Source: the human T2T-CHM13v2.0 reference genome, Homo sapiens. From it: DNA of 64,000 bases. Of the stretch, positions 50,871-64,000 are shown piece by piece. Numbering within the stretch: position 1 is the first letter of the stretch; each line of letters starts with the position of its first letter. The position numbers and the translations under genes were made by a program. The stretch lies in NCBI RefSeq assembly GCF_009914755.1, contig NC_060938.1. The stretch is one strand, 5' to 3'. The notes under the pieces were generated by a model. It was not told the origin of the DNA. It searched no databases and saw only the letters and a list, made by a program, of their open reading frames with translations.

Positions 50871-53800
50871 ACTAAGCCTGCTTTTAGACACCTTTCAGCT
50901 GGTTAAGTCAGGCCCAACAAGTAGAATCTCCCATTTGACTAAAGCCGACTGATTAAGGACTTTAATCACGTCTGCAAAATTCCTTCACAGCAGCACTTAG
51001 CACTTAGATTAGTGTTTGAATAACTGGGAAAAGGTATGTATATGCTTCAACACGACTCTGCTTCCTTTCTGTCCTTCAGTTCTCACGAGAGAATAGCCCT
51101 TGTAGCCCACCCTAATCAGAAACATAGTAGAAAGGGACTTCTGGGGACTGTAGTTTAGCTTAGCCAAACTGATCCATCAGAAAAAGCCATCCCTCACACA
51201 CATCTATGACAGTTTCTCCATCTATCAATCTGTTATTGTATCTACCTATCAATAAAAATTCGTGAGTATCTGTTTGTCTACCCATCTATAAAAATTCATG
51301 AGTTCACACCTATAATTTCAATCTTACACTCCAGGGTTCATTTTAGCCTTTACCTTTTTCACATTTCAAAATTCTTCCTCAGACAGTAAGAAACCTGGTT
51401 CATAATACCCTCAATATATTCATTTATTTGATCAATGAATTACCTAATCTGCTTAGTGTTACCCGTCTCCACATACTTCATTCTCCTCCTTCTGCCCTCT
51501 CTTGCTCACTGTTTTGCTCCCTGGCTCCTGGGTAAGCTGCTGCACTCCTCACTGCCTCTTCCTTGGATGCTGACATATTTGCATTCTTTCTTCAATGAAA
51601 GAAAGAATTGGAAGAAAGGATGGGAAGAGAAGAAAGGGTGTTGGTTTTTACAATATTTTAAAGAGTTTTTCTTTTTCACTTTATTTGTGTTCAATCTTAC
51701 CCCTGTTCAACCAAAGGCATCCATTACCTTGGGGAAAATTCAGATCGCTGAAGCAGTAATGGAAAGAGGAAAAACAAGTCCGTATTCAACCATTGACTTC
51801 CAATATAAGAAGGTTTGCATTCACAGCAGTACCACACATCTTTAAATCTTGGTTTGATCAAGACAGCCAAGTGTTTTTTAAAAATTCCAGATACCCCCTT
51901 AAAATATTAAGGGCCCAGCTTGGTGGACTATGTGTCAAAGTGTAGAGGAGACAGTTGATATCATGTAAGAGATGTGTCTACCAAGCAGGAAGAAGTGGAA
52001 AGCTTTCTTCTATAGGAGGAAGGAGGAGAAGAAACAGGATCAAGAATGGGGTGAAGATGTTGCCTTATATCTAGGCCTGTGTGTGTAGGGGCCAGGTGGT
52101 GTTGGAAAGAAAGCAGATACATCAGATAGTTGAGGGGATAGCTAGAAGCAGAGGCTACCCATCCCCTGATTCCCATTGATAACTATGAGGAGACTGCATT
52201 CAGGGTTCTCCTTGCATCTTCATATGGAAGTGCAGTAGGGTGGTAACGGCAGCGTGAAATGCTCAGGCAGAAAGAGGCCTGAGATGGAGCCCCTTGTTCT
52301 CTAATGCTTATGCATGTCACCTAAGGAATGCAGATGCTCTCACTGTGTCCTGGCCTCCTCCATGATGCATGTGGGAAGTGGCTGAAAGTGCTTGCTGGTA
52401 ACCTTGCCAACCAGATGACTGACACAAAGAAAGAAGGGACTTCATAAGTGGTCTTCCCAGGGTGGGGACTGAGTGGGAGTGGCAGCCATAACTCAGAGGG
52501 GCCATGGCACCAGGGAGAGCTGAGAGGGGGCCTATGAGCCCCCTAGAAGCAATTGCCATTCATTGCCCACCCATGCTGAGAGTACAGGCCTCCTATCGTG
52601 GCAGCTGAGGTGACCTGCACGGTGACAAGAGTGTCGACAGAGACCAAGGCCCAGAAATATTCTGGCTAAGAAACCTTGAGCAGAGAACAACCTGTATATC
52701 GGGGTTCTTTTATCCATTATGTGAGGATATTTAAGCTTAGCTCTGCACCAAGATATCATCTTCATGTGGTTGGGACAAGGAGAGGGCAGTCCTCCTAAGG
52801 CATGAAGAATCCACTCTGTTAGGAGTTTAGGCTTTGAAAAGCTATTGAACCATGAGATTCAGTTGACCAGAGATTCTTTTAAGTGAGAGATTAAGTTATC
52901 ATTAATGGGTGATTTGAAAATCTTTCTTTGCCATCTCCTTTCCTCCACCACCACCACTACTCCATCTCCCTTCCCAAGGAATCAGGGAATGAAATTGCAG
53001 AAAACAGCTTGAGACTGATAACAGAAAATAAAAGTACATTTTAATCATAGTGTATACATTTGGACCCCAACACATTGCTAAACAGCCCCATATTCTAGGC
53101 CCTGCCTTGGGTTCGTGAGTGCCGTATGGACGCCATGTTGTTCTGTGGAGGCACCAGTTAGAATTCTTTTGGCCAGGTTTTAGTCGATTCAGCAAATTGC
53201 TTAGGAGAGAATGATCCATTGTCAAAGAGATCATTCTTTCAGGGAATGCATGTCTGGCAAACATAGCCCTCAATTTGCAGATTGTTGTGGTACCTGTGGT
53301 AATGAGGATTCTGTATCTTTTTCCAATTTAAGAAAATTTCTTGCAGTTCTCTGTGACAATGATGTGTAGTTCTTGACATCCAAATGAGCTGATATAATTC
53401 TAACAGTATGCGGCGTATTCCTATGGTGCCGGTGGGTGTTTTGTTTTATATTGCCTTACAGTTTTCGAGGTGAATTTGACATCTTAAGATGACTAAAATA
53501 TCAGTTTTACATACCAGGGAACTTTTCCTAATATGGATGACTATCTTGGTTACATTTCTGCTTGTTCTTACAATGGCAGTTTCCATGTGCAACATCTGAA
53601 ACCGTCTGTCTAGGGACTGGGACTTCCTTGGATCCTGTAGCTTCTGTTCGTGTCCTGTGGTGATTTCTAAAGAACGCTATCCTTACCATGAGTGTCTAGA
53701 CAAACTCTATGGACATTTCCTTATTATTTTCAAGGTCACAGAGAGAAGGAATTTTGTCACAAATGACCCAGAAAGTCCCTAGCACATTGGGAATGCCTAA

Positions 53801-55398
53801 CTATAGTAAAAAGCAATGAGAGAGGTGAATAGGCCCTGAAATGAAGAAAACTCAGTTCTCCTGCCCCATCAAATCAGTAGTCCAAATCTAAATGGAAGAT
53901 GTAAAACAAATTGAAGGGAAAAATTGTTCTGGATTGACATCTTAGGGATTTGTTCTTGAATTAACCAATAAAATAATATAGGTTTAATCTCTTAAGAAAG
54001 TAGGCACTGTTGTTGGGAGAGGTCTTAGTAGATGAATCACCTGAAACTTAAATTCCACTTCTGAGAATAAATAAAAGTGGTAAATAAGTTAACTTCCTGT
54101 TATGTTTGTTTCTTGGCAACTCCGAGCCCCCTTACCAATCTAGTTTCACTGAATATGAGCTATTATCCCCCTTTGATATTTTCCTTAAAGGTTTTAATTT
54201 TAATGGTTGAATCATCTTGAATGAAAGAAATAGTGGATAAAGAAATACGGTAAAGGCTTTAAGAGGGAGGGGACAAAATGTAGTTTTCCTGGATGTTGTT
54301 GTTCAGAGTGTTTGTGAAGAAATGATAAACACCATGGCAACAAGAAAAATAATGATTTGTACCCCAAAGGCTGTTCCATGTAGTCATGTACTAAGACATA
54401 AAAGGAAAAAAAATCAACCAAATTTTCCCTTGGAAAAGCTTATGAGGCAGAGGGAATAAGTTAAGAATTTATTATATAGCCCACTAGAAAAATACAGAAT
54501 ATATGAACATTTCTAAATTTTACTATCTGCCAGCAAAACCCATAGCACTGTTGTACAGAGGGAAGAGTAGAGCGTAGGGCTTCTGTGTGTCTCTGACCAT
54601 GTCAGTGAAGAAGGGATGGGGTGTGCGATCTAGATCACAGCTGGGAGGGTCATGCCAAGTCGGGAAGAGTGAGTCACTCCACAGGAGGGTTAGGCATTTG
54701 AAACAATGTGGTCTCAGAGGGTTATGGTTCCATCGGCTCCTACTCTTCACTCTCCTATAGCCTCTTTCACTTCATATTTTCACCTGGGACTACAGGACAT
54801 ATAATAACTACTTGATATTGAGCGTTTATTACCCACCTGACACCATTCCCAGTGTTTTATGTGTTTTTCTTAAATAAGACATGAAGTTATTAGGATGTAG
54901 ACATGTTGAATAGTAATTAATGACAAACTTTGAATTTACACAGGGTCTTTTCTCCATGGATTAGCACAGGAAGACAGTGAAATGAGCAGTGAGATTCAAC
55001 TTGAGATCTCAAATTGTTCGGGTTCAAGGTTATCTTATTTGGGAGAGTTGAACTCTAGGACTACTACTTATTTGTTTAGAAAAGCTATCTGACAGACGGC
55101 AAATAAATGAAACATCTGAATACATGACCGTAACTTCTATTCAGAGGGTGAGGCAGGGATGGGTAGCTGTCCACAGGTGCTAGGAGTGGCTTCTCAGCCT
55201 GGGGCCAGCTACATTTCCTAGACCCCTCTTGCACTGGAGTGGGGCCATATGTCCAATGAGTGGAACATGAATGGAAGTAACATGTCACTTTTGAGTTAAT
55301 GTGGTAAAAAGCCTTTGTGCCTACTCCCTCCTACTTCACACACAGTCATGCACACTGAATAGGAACATCTGTTTTGTTTCATACATAAAATAAGCTCA

Positions 55399-55797
<399 letters not shown>

Positions 55798-56084
55798 TTA
55801 CCTTGAGCCATTAAAATTATAAAGGTTTATTTTGGTTTCCTTTCCAACAGAAAATTTGGTTGTGAAAGACACAAGTTAGAAAGAGCTCTTTTTCAGATGG
55901 ATATAAGGCACATTTTAGAAATTTCAGCAAAAGTAAACTAATTTTTTTTCTTGGAAAACTAGCATTTAAATATTTAATTATTTCAAAGAAAAGCAAGGTG
56001 ATATCGAGTGGTAGCATTTGAGAGTGAAAACTAACAGGCAGAATATAACTTTGATTTCCATAGACCTTTATAATTCAATGGAAG

Positions 56085-56315
56085 TTGCCTGTGTGCCATG
56101 TTCTGGGCTCTGAGTTAAGAGCTTTACATGTACATCTTCTTTAATTATGACAACCCCCCAGATTGGCACTATAATTATCCCTAGTTTAAAATGAGAAAAT
56201 CGAGACTCAGGGATGTTAAATAACAAGTTTAGTGTCACACTCTAGGAAGGGATAAAGTCAGGAACCAAGCATGAGGCTGACTGCTGAGCCTGAGCTCGCC
56301 ACTACTGCGCCATGT
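56085..56315 (-). mobile_element. MIR SINE
   Basis: 'gctttacatg...attatccctagtttaaaatgagaaaatcgagactcaggga.gttaaataac'. Confidence 0.7.
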
Positions 56316-56959
56316 GGCTTTTCATTTTGCACACGGCATCGTCGCCACTTGTGGATGAAAGTGCTAAGGCCCAGTGAAGGGAAATGCGTAGCTCAGGTCC
56401 AAACTGCCAGCATTTGTCAAAGTTGGATTTTCTGACTCTGACTTCAGTACTCTCTCAACTTGGAATACCATAAATTAAAGCAAACACTAACTTGGTTATG
56501 GGGCAGTCAATATTTTTAGAGTGTTTATAGAAAGGAAGTAATTTTGGCCTGGCAAAAGAGCAAACTGAAGGTAGTTTTACATTTCTATTTCAAAAAGAAT
56601 CATTCAAATTGGGAAAATTCGCATGCGCTGGATCACCCTGTGGGATATTCAGGGAGAGCAGACCCCTTCGGCTTCCTCTCCAGCCGTTTTAAAAGCAAAT
56701 TTTGTAGATTATCTCACCTGGCTTGTTGCCCTCGGAGTCTGATGCACAAAATTGCTTGGTGTTTGGCAAGATTTGATTGGCAAGAAAGTGTTCCTGTGGT
56801 TAGTTTTTGTGTCTGACCCTTGCTGGGAGGTTAAGGCTAGTTTTTATGCTTGTGCCCTCACAAAGGTGAACTACCCTGTTCACCTCCATTCTCCTCAGTA
56901 GGAGAGAAGTGTGGCCAGGAGGAGGGGCACCAAGGGGGGTGGACCTCACGGTGACAAGA

Positions 56960-57160
56960 GGGCTCTGGAGCCACATTTCCTGGGTTTGGGCTCCATGGCC
57001 ATCATCCTCTGGGAAGTGACCTTGGACTCTGTGCCTCAGTTTCCTCATCTGTAAAACGGGGGTGGGGGTGAGACTTTTGGTTTATGTGATTGAAAAGATA
57101 ACACATGTCAAGGTCATAGCCTTAGAGGAGATACACACTAAGTGCTCAGTCGAATTTAGC
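56960..57160 (+). mobile_element. MIR SINE
   Basis: 'ctctgtgcctcagtttcctcatctgtaaaacggg' core. Confidence 0.8.
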
Positions 57161-58444
57161 TATAGTATAAATGGCATATTAAAGAAAATGTCTGAAGGAG
57201 GGTGTGTATAATTAACGAAGAGCAACATAGCCTTCTTGCTTGTGAATTGTCTAGTCCTATTTTCACCAGTGTCTGCTGATACCGAATTTGGCCTAGACAC
57301 AGTGGTTTGAAGGAACCAGTTGGCGACAGGGTTTGGAAGGAATAGGTCCATGTCTAAGATGTAGCATCTGGCCTCCAAGTTCCTGAGAAGCAGCAGGATC
57401 CTTGGATGGGACAGATCATTAAACATGTAGCCTTGACCACCCCTTCCTCATTCTTGGAAAAAAGCCAACAGGTGACTCTTGGGGAATGTTTCACTCTAAC
57501 CAGTTTTCTTCTTTTTTTCTCCCCTCTCTCATGTATTTTTGCTCTGAATTAAAAAAAAAAAGTCCTTCTGTGGTCATTTTGATCTCATCATGGTTTTTAA
57601 TGTCAGGCTGGTCCATTCAATATCTAGTTAGCGATAGGAGACCAGCTGCTTCTCAGGCAAAGGAAGGAAAGCACGAACCTCCATGTTCTCATCCCCCTCC
57701 TCCCAATTATGTGGTCTCTTATCCCAAGATTGCCTGGAGGAATGTGGCTTCAGGCCCTGAGAGCCTCCAGGAAACAGGATTGCTCAGGGGGCCTGAGAAA
57801 CTGAAGGCAGGCACCGAGTAGGTCCAAAGAGGCCGGAAGGGCTGGTTGTGAAGCAAGGTGGAGGGAGTGGAGGGAAGTGAATGATGGGGCTGCAGAGCTT
57901 TGTCTGAGATGTGGGTGAAAGGTTAGGCTACCTATGGGCCTAGAAGAGCACTACTTTCAGAAAAGGACTGGCAAGAAGAATGTAATGAAGCGTCAGCACT
58001 GGAGCTTTCTAATCCACAGGAATGCAGCTGAATGCTAACAGGTCTTCTCTTATTCCCCATTCTCTTTTCGTGCATCTATTCTGGAAACCCAGATCCTCGT
58101 GCTGTCTTTGAATTTCCTCTTGGCTGATGAGTTTTTAATCGTAGTTCAGAGTCTCTGGGACTTTTCCTCAGGCTCCTTCTTAAGCTTATAGGATTATCTG
58201 GCCAGATCAGTTATTCTTTCTTTTGAACTGTGTAAATTATAAATAACTTTCCTGAGAAAAGAGCACCGGATGGGGAGGCAGAAGCTCCAGCGTTGTCCTT
58301 AATTGTGTGATCTTGTAGTCACGGTCCTAGATGCCCCTTTTAGGACGGAGGCACTTACTCTCCCAACTGTTGGGAAGATGGGCTGTGATGGTTTACAGCT
58401 GAATTTATCTGTAAGCACTGCCCTTGGCCTAAGGCACTGATTGC

Positions 58445-58645
58445 TAGTGGTGGTGATTTTGCCCCACAGTGGATATTTGGCAATGTCTAGGGTCATTTTT
58501 GGTTGTTACAGCTGAGGGGGGTGCCCATGCTACTAACATCGAGTGAGTAGAGCTCAGGCATGCTCCTAAAATCCTGCAATGCATAGTATCCTACAATAAT
58601 TATCCATTCCAGAATGTCAAAAGTGCTGAGGTTGAGAAATGCTGT
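58445..58645 (+). mobile_element. MER20 hAT DNA transposon
   Basis: 'gattttgccc...atttggcaatgtct...aatgtcaaaagtgctgaggttgagaaa'. Confidence 0.85.
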
Positions 58646-58659
58646 CCTAAGGTAGCCAC

Positions 58660-58965
58660 CATACCCAGGATTAAACCTCCTCCTCAAGGGCAGTCTGGAT
58701 ACTCTAACAGGTTAATGCAGGGGGGTACAAAGATCTGGCGCCTTGCTTCAATTTAGGGCCATCACAAAAAAGGCCATCCTAGCTCCAGAGCTCTCCATGG
58801 GATCAGCAGAGGCCTCTGGGACTGCACCACACTTCAACTCCTCCCCCTGCCCAGTCCAGCTTTGTTCCCTCACAGGCGCTATTCCTGAGAAACACTTCCC
58901 AACAAACCTTCTGCACACAAATCTCCACCTCAGAGTCTGTTTCCCAAGGTACTCAAACTAGGACA
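58660..58965 (+). mobile_element. LTR16-family ERVL LTR (3' part)
   Basis: 'ggccatcctagctccagagctc...caaatctccacctcagagtctgtttcc...actaggaca'. Confidence 0.75.
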
Positions 58966-59389
58966 GTTCGTATCAAAAACAATCCTAAGGAGCAGACTGA
59001 GTGTTGCACTCTTTTGCTCCTTGTTAAAACTGAGGCAGACTTCAATTCACTTACAGACTTCTATTAGTAATGTGTGACACAAATTGCTAATTGTATCCAG
59101 TGTCTCTCCTCTCCCATTTTATCCCAATAATACAAATTCTAATGGGACATATGCTGCCTATATGTTAGTTAGGCTTGATAACATGACCATGCTCTGACCA
59201 GGGAGGTAAATGGTTGTGATGGGTGGCTCAATCCAACTTCTGGGTTGGGTTCTTATGGAAAAGGACCATGTCCTCTCCTCCCCTGGGCCCCTTGCCACTG
59301 TCTGGACTGCAGAGGTAATGGGAGAGACTAGAGCAGTCACCATGAAAGCCTCATGCAGAGGATGTCAAAGCAAAATGGGAGGAACGTAG

Positions 59390-59747
<358 letters not shown>

Positions 59748-59836
59748 CACTCTTCAGGACTTTTATGTGAGAGACAAAACTTTTTTCTATGTTACTATAT
59801 TTTGGAACTCTCTTTTGCAGCAGCCAAATTAGTACT

Positions 59837-60249
59837 TGATAAAAGAAAAACTTCAACTGAATTAAATTTAAAGGAGTTTAATTGAGCAATGAATGATTCG
59901 CAAATCGGGCAGCCCCCAGAATTATGGCAGATTGACAGCGACTCTAGCACAGCCACGTGGTGGAAGAAGATTTATAGACAAAAAACTGGAAATGACATAT
60001 AGAAATCAGAAGTGAGGTACAGAACAGCTGGATTGGTTACAGGTTGGCTTTTGCCTTATTTGAACACAGTTTGAACACTCAGCAGTGTATGAATGGTTGA
60101 AGTACGGCCGCTGGGATTGGCCAAGACTCAGGTATTATTACAGGTGCATACTCCTAGTTAGGTTTTCAATATAGGTTGCAGTTAGTCCACAAGGACTCAA
60201 ATATAGAAGTACAGAGTCCTTCTCAGGCCATACTTAGTTCACTTTAACA
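59837..60249 (-). mobile_element. ERV1 solo LTR, MER57A-like
   Basis: Reverse complement starts tgttaaagtgaactaagtatggcctgagaaggactc; TG...CA ends; near-TSD tact/tacc; shares its core with 1003-1452. Confidence 0.85.
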
Positions 60250-61839
60250 TACCTAAACTATGCATATCCTTAGCATACCAAAATGAGCATGATAAAGACT
60301 ATAAAAAGATGTATTATTTTTAACGATGTTTCGTTAACCATGTTTTTTATTTTCCATTCTCAAGATAAACCACATAATTTTATGATTGAATCCCTATTGT
60401 CTGCATCATAGCTCTAACTAGCAAGGGAGAGTGGGGCTGGGAAAGAGAGTAAGAACATCAGAATCCTCTAGAAAATTGTTATGAAAATGCACACACTCAG
60501 GCCTCTCTCTTATAGAGATTGTAGTATACCTTTGGGGTGGAATATATTTCATGTAGGTGTTTTGAAAACCTAGGATAGCTTATAAAACTCGCATCTGCTC
60601 TTATATGTCACCTTGCTCCGTAAAGGAAGCACAGAGTAGAACCTCAATTTATGTCTTTTGAATAACTAAATGAAATTTCTAGGACTAGGGGCATAGTAGA
60701 TGCTATGGAACTTTTTCTTCTTCTAGTTGCAAAGCTAACAGCTCCTTATGAGAACTCAAAAGGCACTCCTTATGTTCCCAGCAATAAAGATCTAAGGCCC
60801 AACAGATTTGTGAGTATCCAAGAGAGTAAGAACAAAGATAGATAGAACCCTATCACTTGCTTTTAGTAGATATATTTTTAAATGGGGTTTGAAATCTAAA
60901 ACTCCTCATAGACATTCAGATGTATTTCAATTAGGAGGTTATATTGTACACATGTTGTAGGTACATGAGGTGACCCTATTTTCTTGGCCAAAGAATCACT
61001 GGGCATTTATGTAAAATATTTACAGGTAGATGACCTTTGGCTAAAACTTTCATAGCCTATAATTTTATTTACTGACTAGCTTTAGTAGAAGTATCAATGC
61101 ACATTGATTAAATAGTTGTGTGTAGCTAGTTCAAATAGCTATGTAAATCCAGATTAGGAAGTAATGAGCATCCTCATACTACACAGAGATTTATTTGTGA
61201 CTCTTATTGAGCTCAAATAATTGGGTAGGGTGATGCTGACTAAAGCAAGAGTTCTGCCTAGTGCTCATTTGAACTGGTGTCTCCTGCTTTTGGTGCCTCA
61301 CAGAAGTCACTCTGCTGGGGCCCAGGACCCCTCAGCCTGCAGCCCGGTGGTCAGGACATTGATAGGAGCCCAGGTCCCAAGCTGCTTTTGAGACTTTGGA
61401 TTTCTCCTTTATGCTGAAGCCCTTTCCTTCATTGTGCTACATTATCAGGGGTTTTCAGGGCCCTACTGGTCCCTCTAGGCTCTCTATTACTCATAAACAT
61501 TTTGCTTCATCTCCTCCTACTAATAGCTTCAGTCTTTCCATATTCAAATAAGTTCAAAATCTTGAGAGGAAAATTGGCTCATCTTTGTGTCCCAGGCTAG
61601 GTCAGAAAATGCTAACTCCCTCAGGGATGAATAGCCCTTGGGTCAGTGATCACTTGGTAGGGGACCCCCGTCTGCCATTTTCCTGAGCTCAGGCAAAATG
61701 AAGGGCAGTACTAGCTTAAAAGAGGAAGGTGGGCACTTCTAATGATGTGTGCAGTTCCCACAGAAAGGCATTCCTGTTGTTCAGAAATCAAATTCCATTG
61801 TGCTATAGAGAAAACTATTTATTAAAAAGTCTGTGTTGA

Positions 61840-62200
<361 letters not shown>

Positions 62201-63634
62201 TTAGTTGAAGATGGTCTTTCTATTCTGCATGTATTTATCAACTTCGGAAGAGATCTAGATGTAAATTCCAGACCTCTGTTATCTATGCAGAAATCCTATG
62301 AGGGAAAGCAGGGTCCATGAGCCTTTTAGTATTATAAGAATGTGGAATGTTAAATGGGAAAGGTATCAGAACTAAGAGATTTCACATTTTAGGGATAATA
62401 AGAATATTCTCATGGGTTATCATGGTGATTAAATGAAGTGACCCACGTAATGCATCTGGCATTTGATAGATGATCAGTATATGATGGTGGTTATTATTCA
62501 TTGTGGGATCAAACATCCTGAAATTTTGAAAACATTTATCCTGAGTGGTTTGGTTTTTCTGTTTTCATTGTTTTTATTTGCTCAGTTTTTGCCATGAAAA
62601 AATACAATCTCTCTAATCACTGAGATATTAAGAAACATGTCCAATATCCAAAGGAAGGTTGAATATCCCAAAAGCTTTCAAGTTCCCCTTAGGTGCTTTG
62701 ACTTTAGTACTGGAAGCTTCCACCAGATAATTAGTGATCTCTTATTAATTCAAAGCATACAGGCAGTATATGCAAACTTGAATATGATTGGGAATAACAC
62801 ACATCTATGTGTTTTCTTAAAATATTGAGTGGGCATAAATTAACCTCACCTTCTCCTCCAAAATTGCGAAATGCATAATATTCTTTGGCCGTTTAAAAGA
62901 ATGAGGTATAACTTCTACATTCTAAGAGGAACAAATGTCCACAAAGTGTTGTTAAAAATCAAGTTACAGAACAGTTTTATAGTATGTTGCTATTTTTATG
63001 TAATTGTAATAGTATAATAAAATACATGACTTGTACATAGAAAAATAATCAGAAAAATACACAAACTTCATGACAGTTGTCCCTGAGGGCATGGGGGACT
63101 TTTACTGAAAATATTTCAGTGTGGTTTAAATTTTTACAAGGAAAGGATAATATTTTTGAAATTATAAAAATAAAAAACTTAAAAGTAGATGAAAACTTGC
63201 AAAATAGTTTATTTGAAGCAAATCTTGTAAAGTATACAAGGTGATTAAACACAAATAATGTGTTTCTGTTACTGACTTAAGTCAGCTCTTCTACCACTTG
63301 GTTTAGTGTTCCTAATATTTTGGCCACCTCAGGCAATTTTTATTACTTATTACAAGCTTTTCGGTTTCAGTTTGTTCTCAGCTTCTAGAATACAAGGTGT
63401 TAAATAACATCTCACTGCACTTTTGATTACTCACTCTCCCAAGACGTGCTCTCAAGTTATGCTTAAATTCTCCATCTCAAACTATCTGCTTCCCGGCCTC
63501 TGGGGGCTCTTCTCCCTAGAGGTGGTTCTGGGCTGGCTTTGAAGGAGTGTAAGGACCCAGTTGCTCCTGAATCTATTGTTAGGTGATTGCTGTTCTCCTT
63601 TCAAACTGTGCTCCCTATTGCTCAGGTCCATATG

Positions 63635-63815
63635 GTGACCCTCAAAATGTAGCGTACATAAGTATTTATTGAGGTTTGCTTAAAACTCAAAGTCCTAGCT
63701 CCAGGGATTCTCCTTCAGTAGGTATGAGATGGGCCCAGGAATCTGCATTTTAATTAAGAATCTTATAGAATTCCATTCTACCCCAGGGGTTCTGTGGAAG
63801 TATTTCAGGCACTGC
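63635..63815. mobile_element. MER5A-like MITE remnant
   Basis: 'cagtaggtatgagatgggcccaggaatctgcattttaa'. Confidence 0.65.
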
Positions 63816-63892
63816 AGTCAGGGAGGGTTCCAGGGTTCATTCACTGTCAATCAAAACATATCTGCTTTTATCTTTTTTAAATTAGGCATCTG

Positions 63893-64000
63893 GGCCAGGC
63901 GCAGTGGCTCTCACCTGTAATCCCAGCACTTTGGGAGGCTGAGGCAGGCAGATTGCTTGAGGCCAGGAGTTTAAGACCAGCCTGGCCAAGACATAGCAAA
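63893..64000 (+). mobile_element. Alu left arm, cut by the window edge
   Basis: ggccaggcgcagtggctc...cctgtaatcccagcactttgggagg. Confidence 0.95.

Larger units (their letters stand above)
50160..51195 (-). mobile_element. MLT2-like ERVL LTR split by an L1 fragment
   Basis: 'ggaattggcttatgcaattg' after a CA tract; 'actgattaaggactttaatcac...ccttcacagcagcac..agattagtgtttga'. Confidence 0.55.
48950..51435 (-). mobile_element. L1MC4/5-like 3' region with nested LTR and L1 insertions
   Basis: 'ttttgaaataatttcaaacctattgaaaagttgcaagaa' start; matching sequence to about 50110, resuming near 51290. Confidence 0.65.

Noticed and set aside
51241-51303. Two ~27-bp similar units (tctacc...ataaaaattc.tgagt) as an array
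   Set aside because: There are only two degenerate copies at an old repeat boundary. This is a simple slippage duplication and not CRISPR-like.

Overview
This is repeat-dense primate genomic DNA, very likely human because it carries an AluYa5. It looks intronic or intergenic, and I can support no cellular protein-coding gene. Almost all ORF-track entries are translations of Alu, L1 or LTR sequence. The window holds three large L1s: a 5'-truncated L1PA3-like copy on the minus strand, a full-length L1PA4-like copy on the plus strand, and a full-length L1PB-type copy with a THE1 provirus inside it. It also has about ten Alus, MaLR/ERV1/ERVL LTRs, MIR/L2/MER fragments and a strong CTCF motif. I found no evidence of a new gene system. 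The notable signals are records of rearrangement and repair: (1) the two inverted L1PA copies share apparently non-consensus variants in their interiors but differ in subfamily at their ends, which suggests gene conversion between inverted repeats and a possible inversion substrate; (2) a 2.7-kb inversion with deletion splits the L1PB/THE1 nest; (3) both L1PA ORF2s carry template-switch scars; (4) there is a 442-bp tandem duplication and a ~380-bp locally copied insertion; (5) there is a possible decayed KH-domain retrocopy. Subfamily names and consensus comparisons come from memory and need RepeatMasker/Dfam confirmation.
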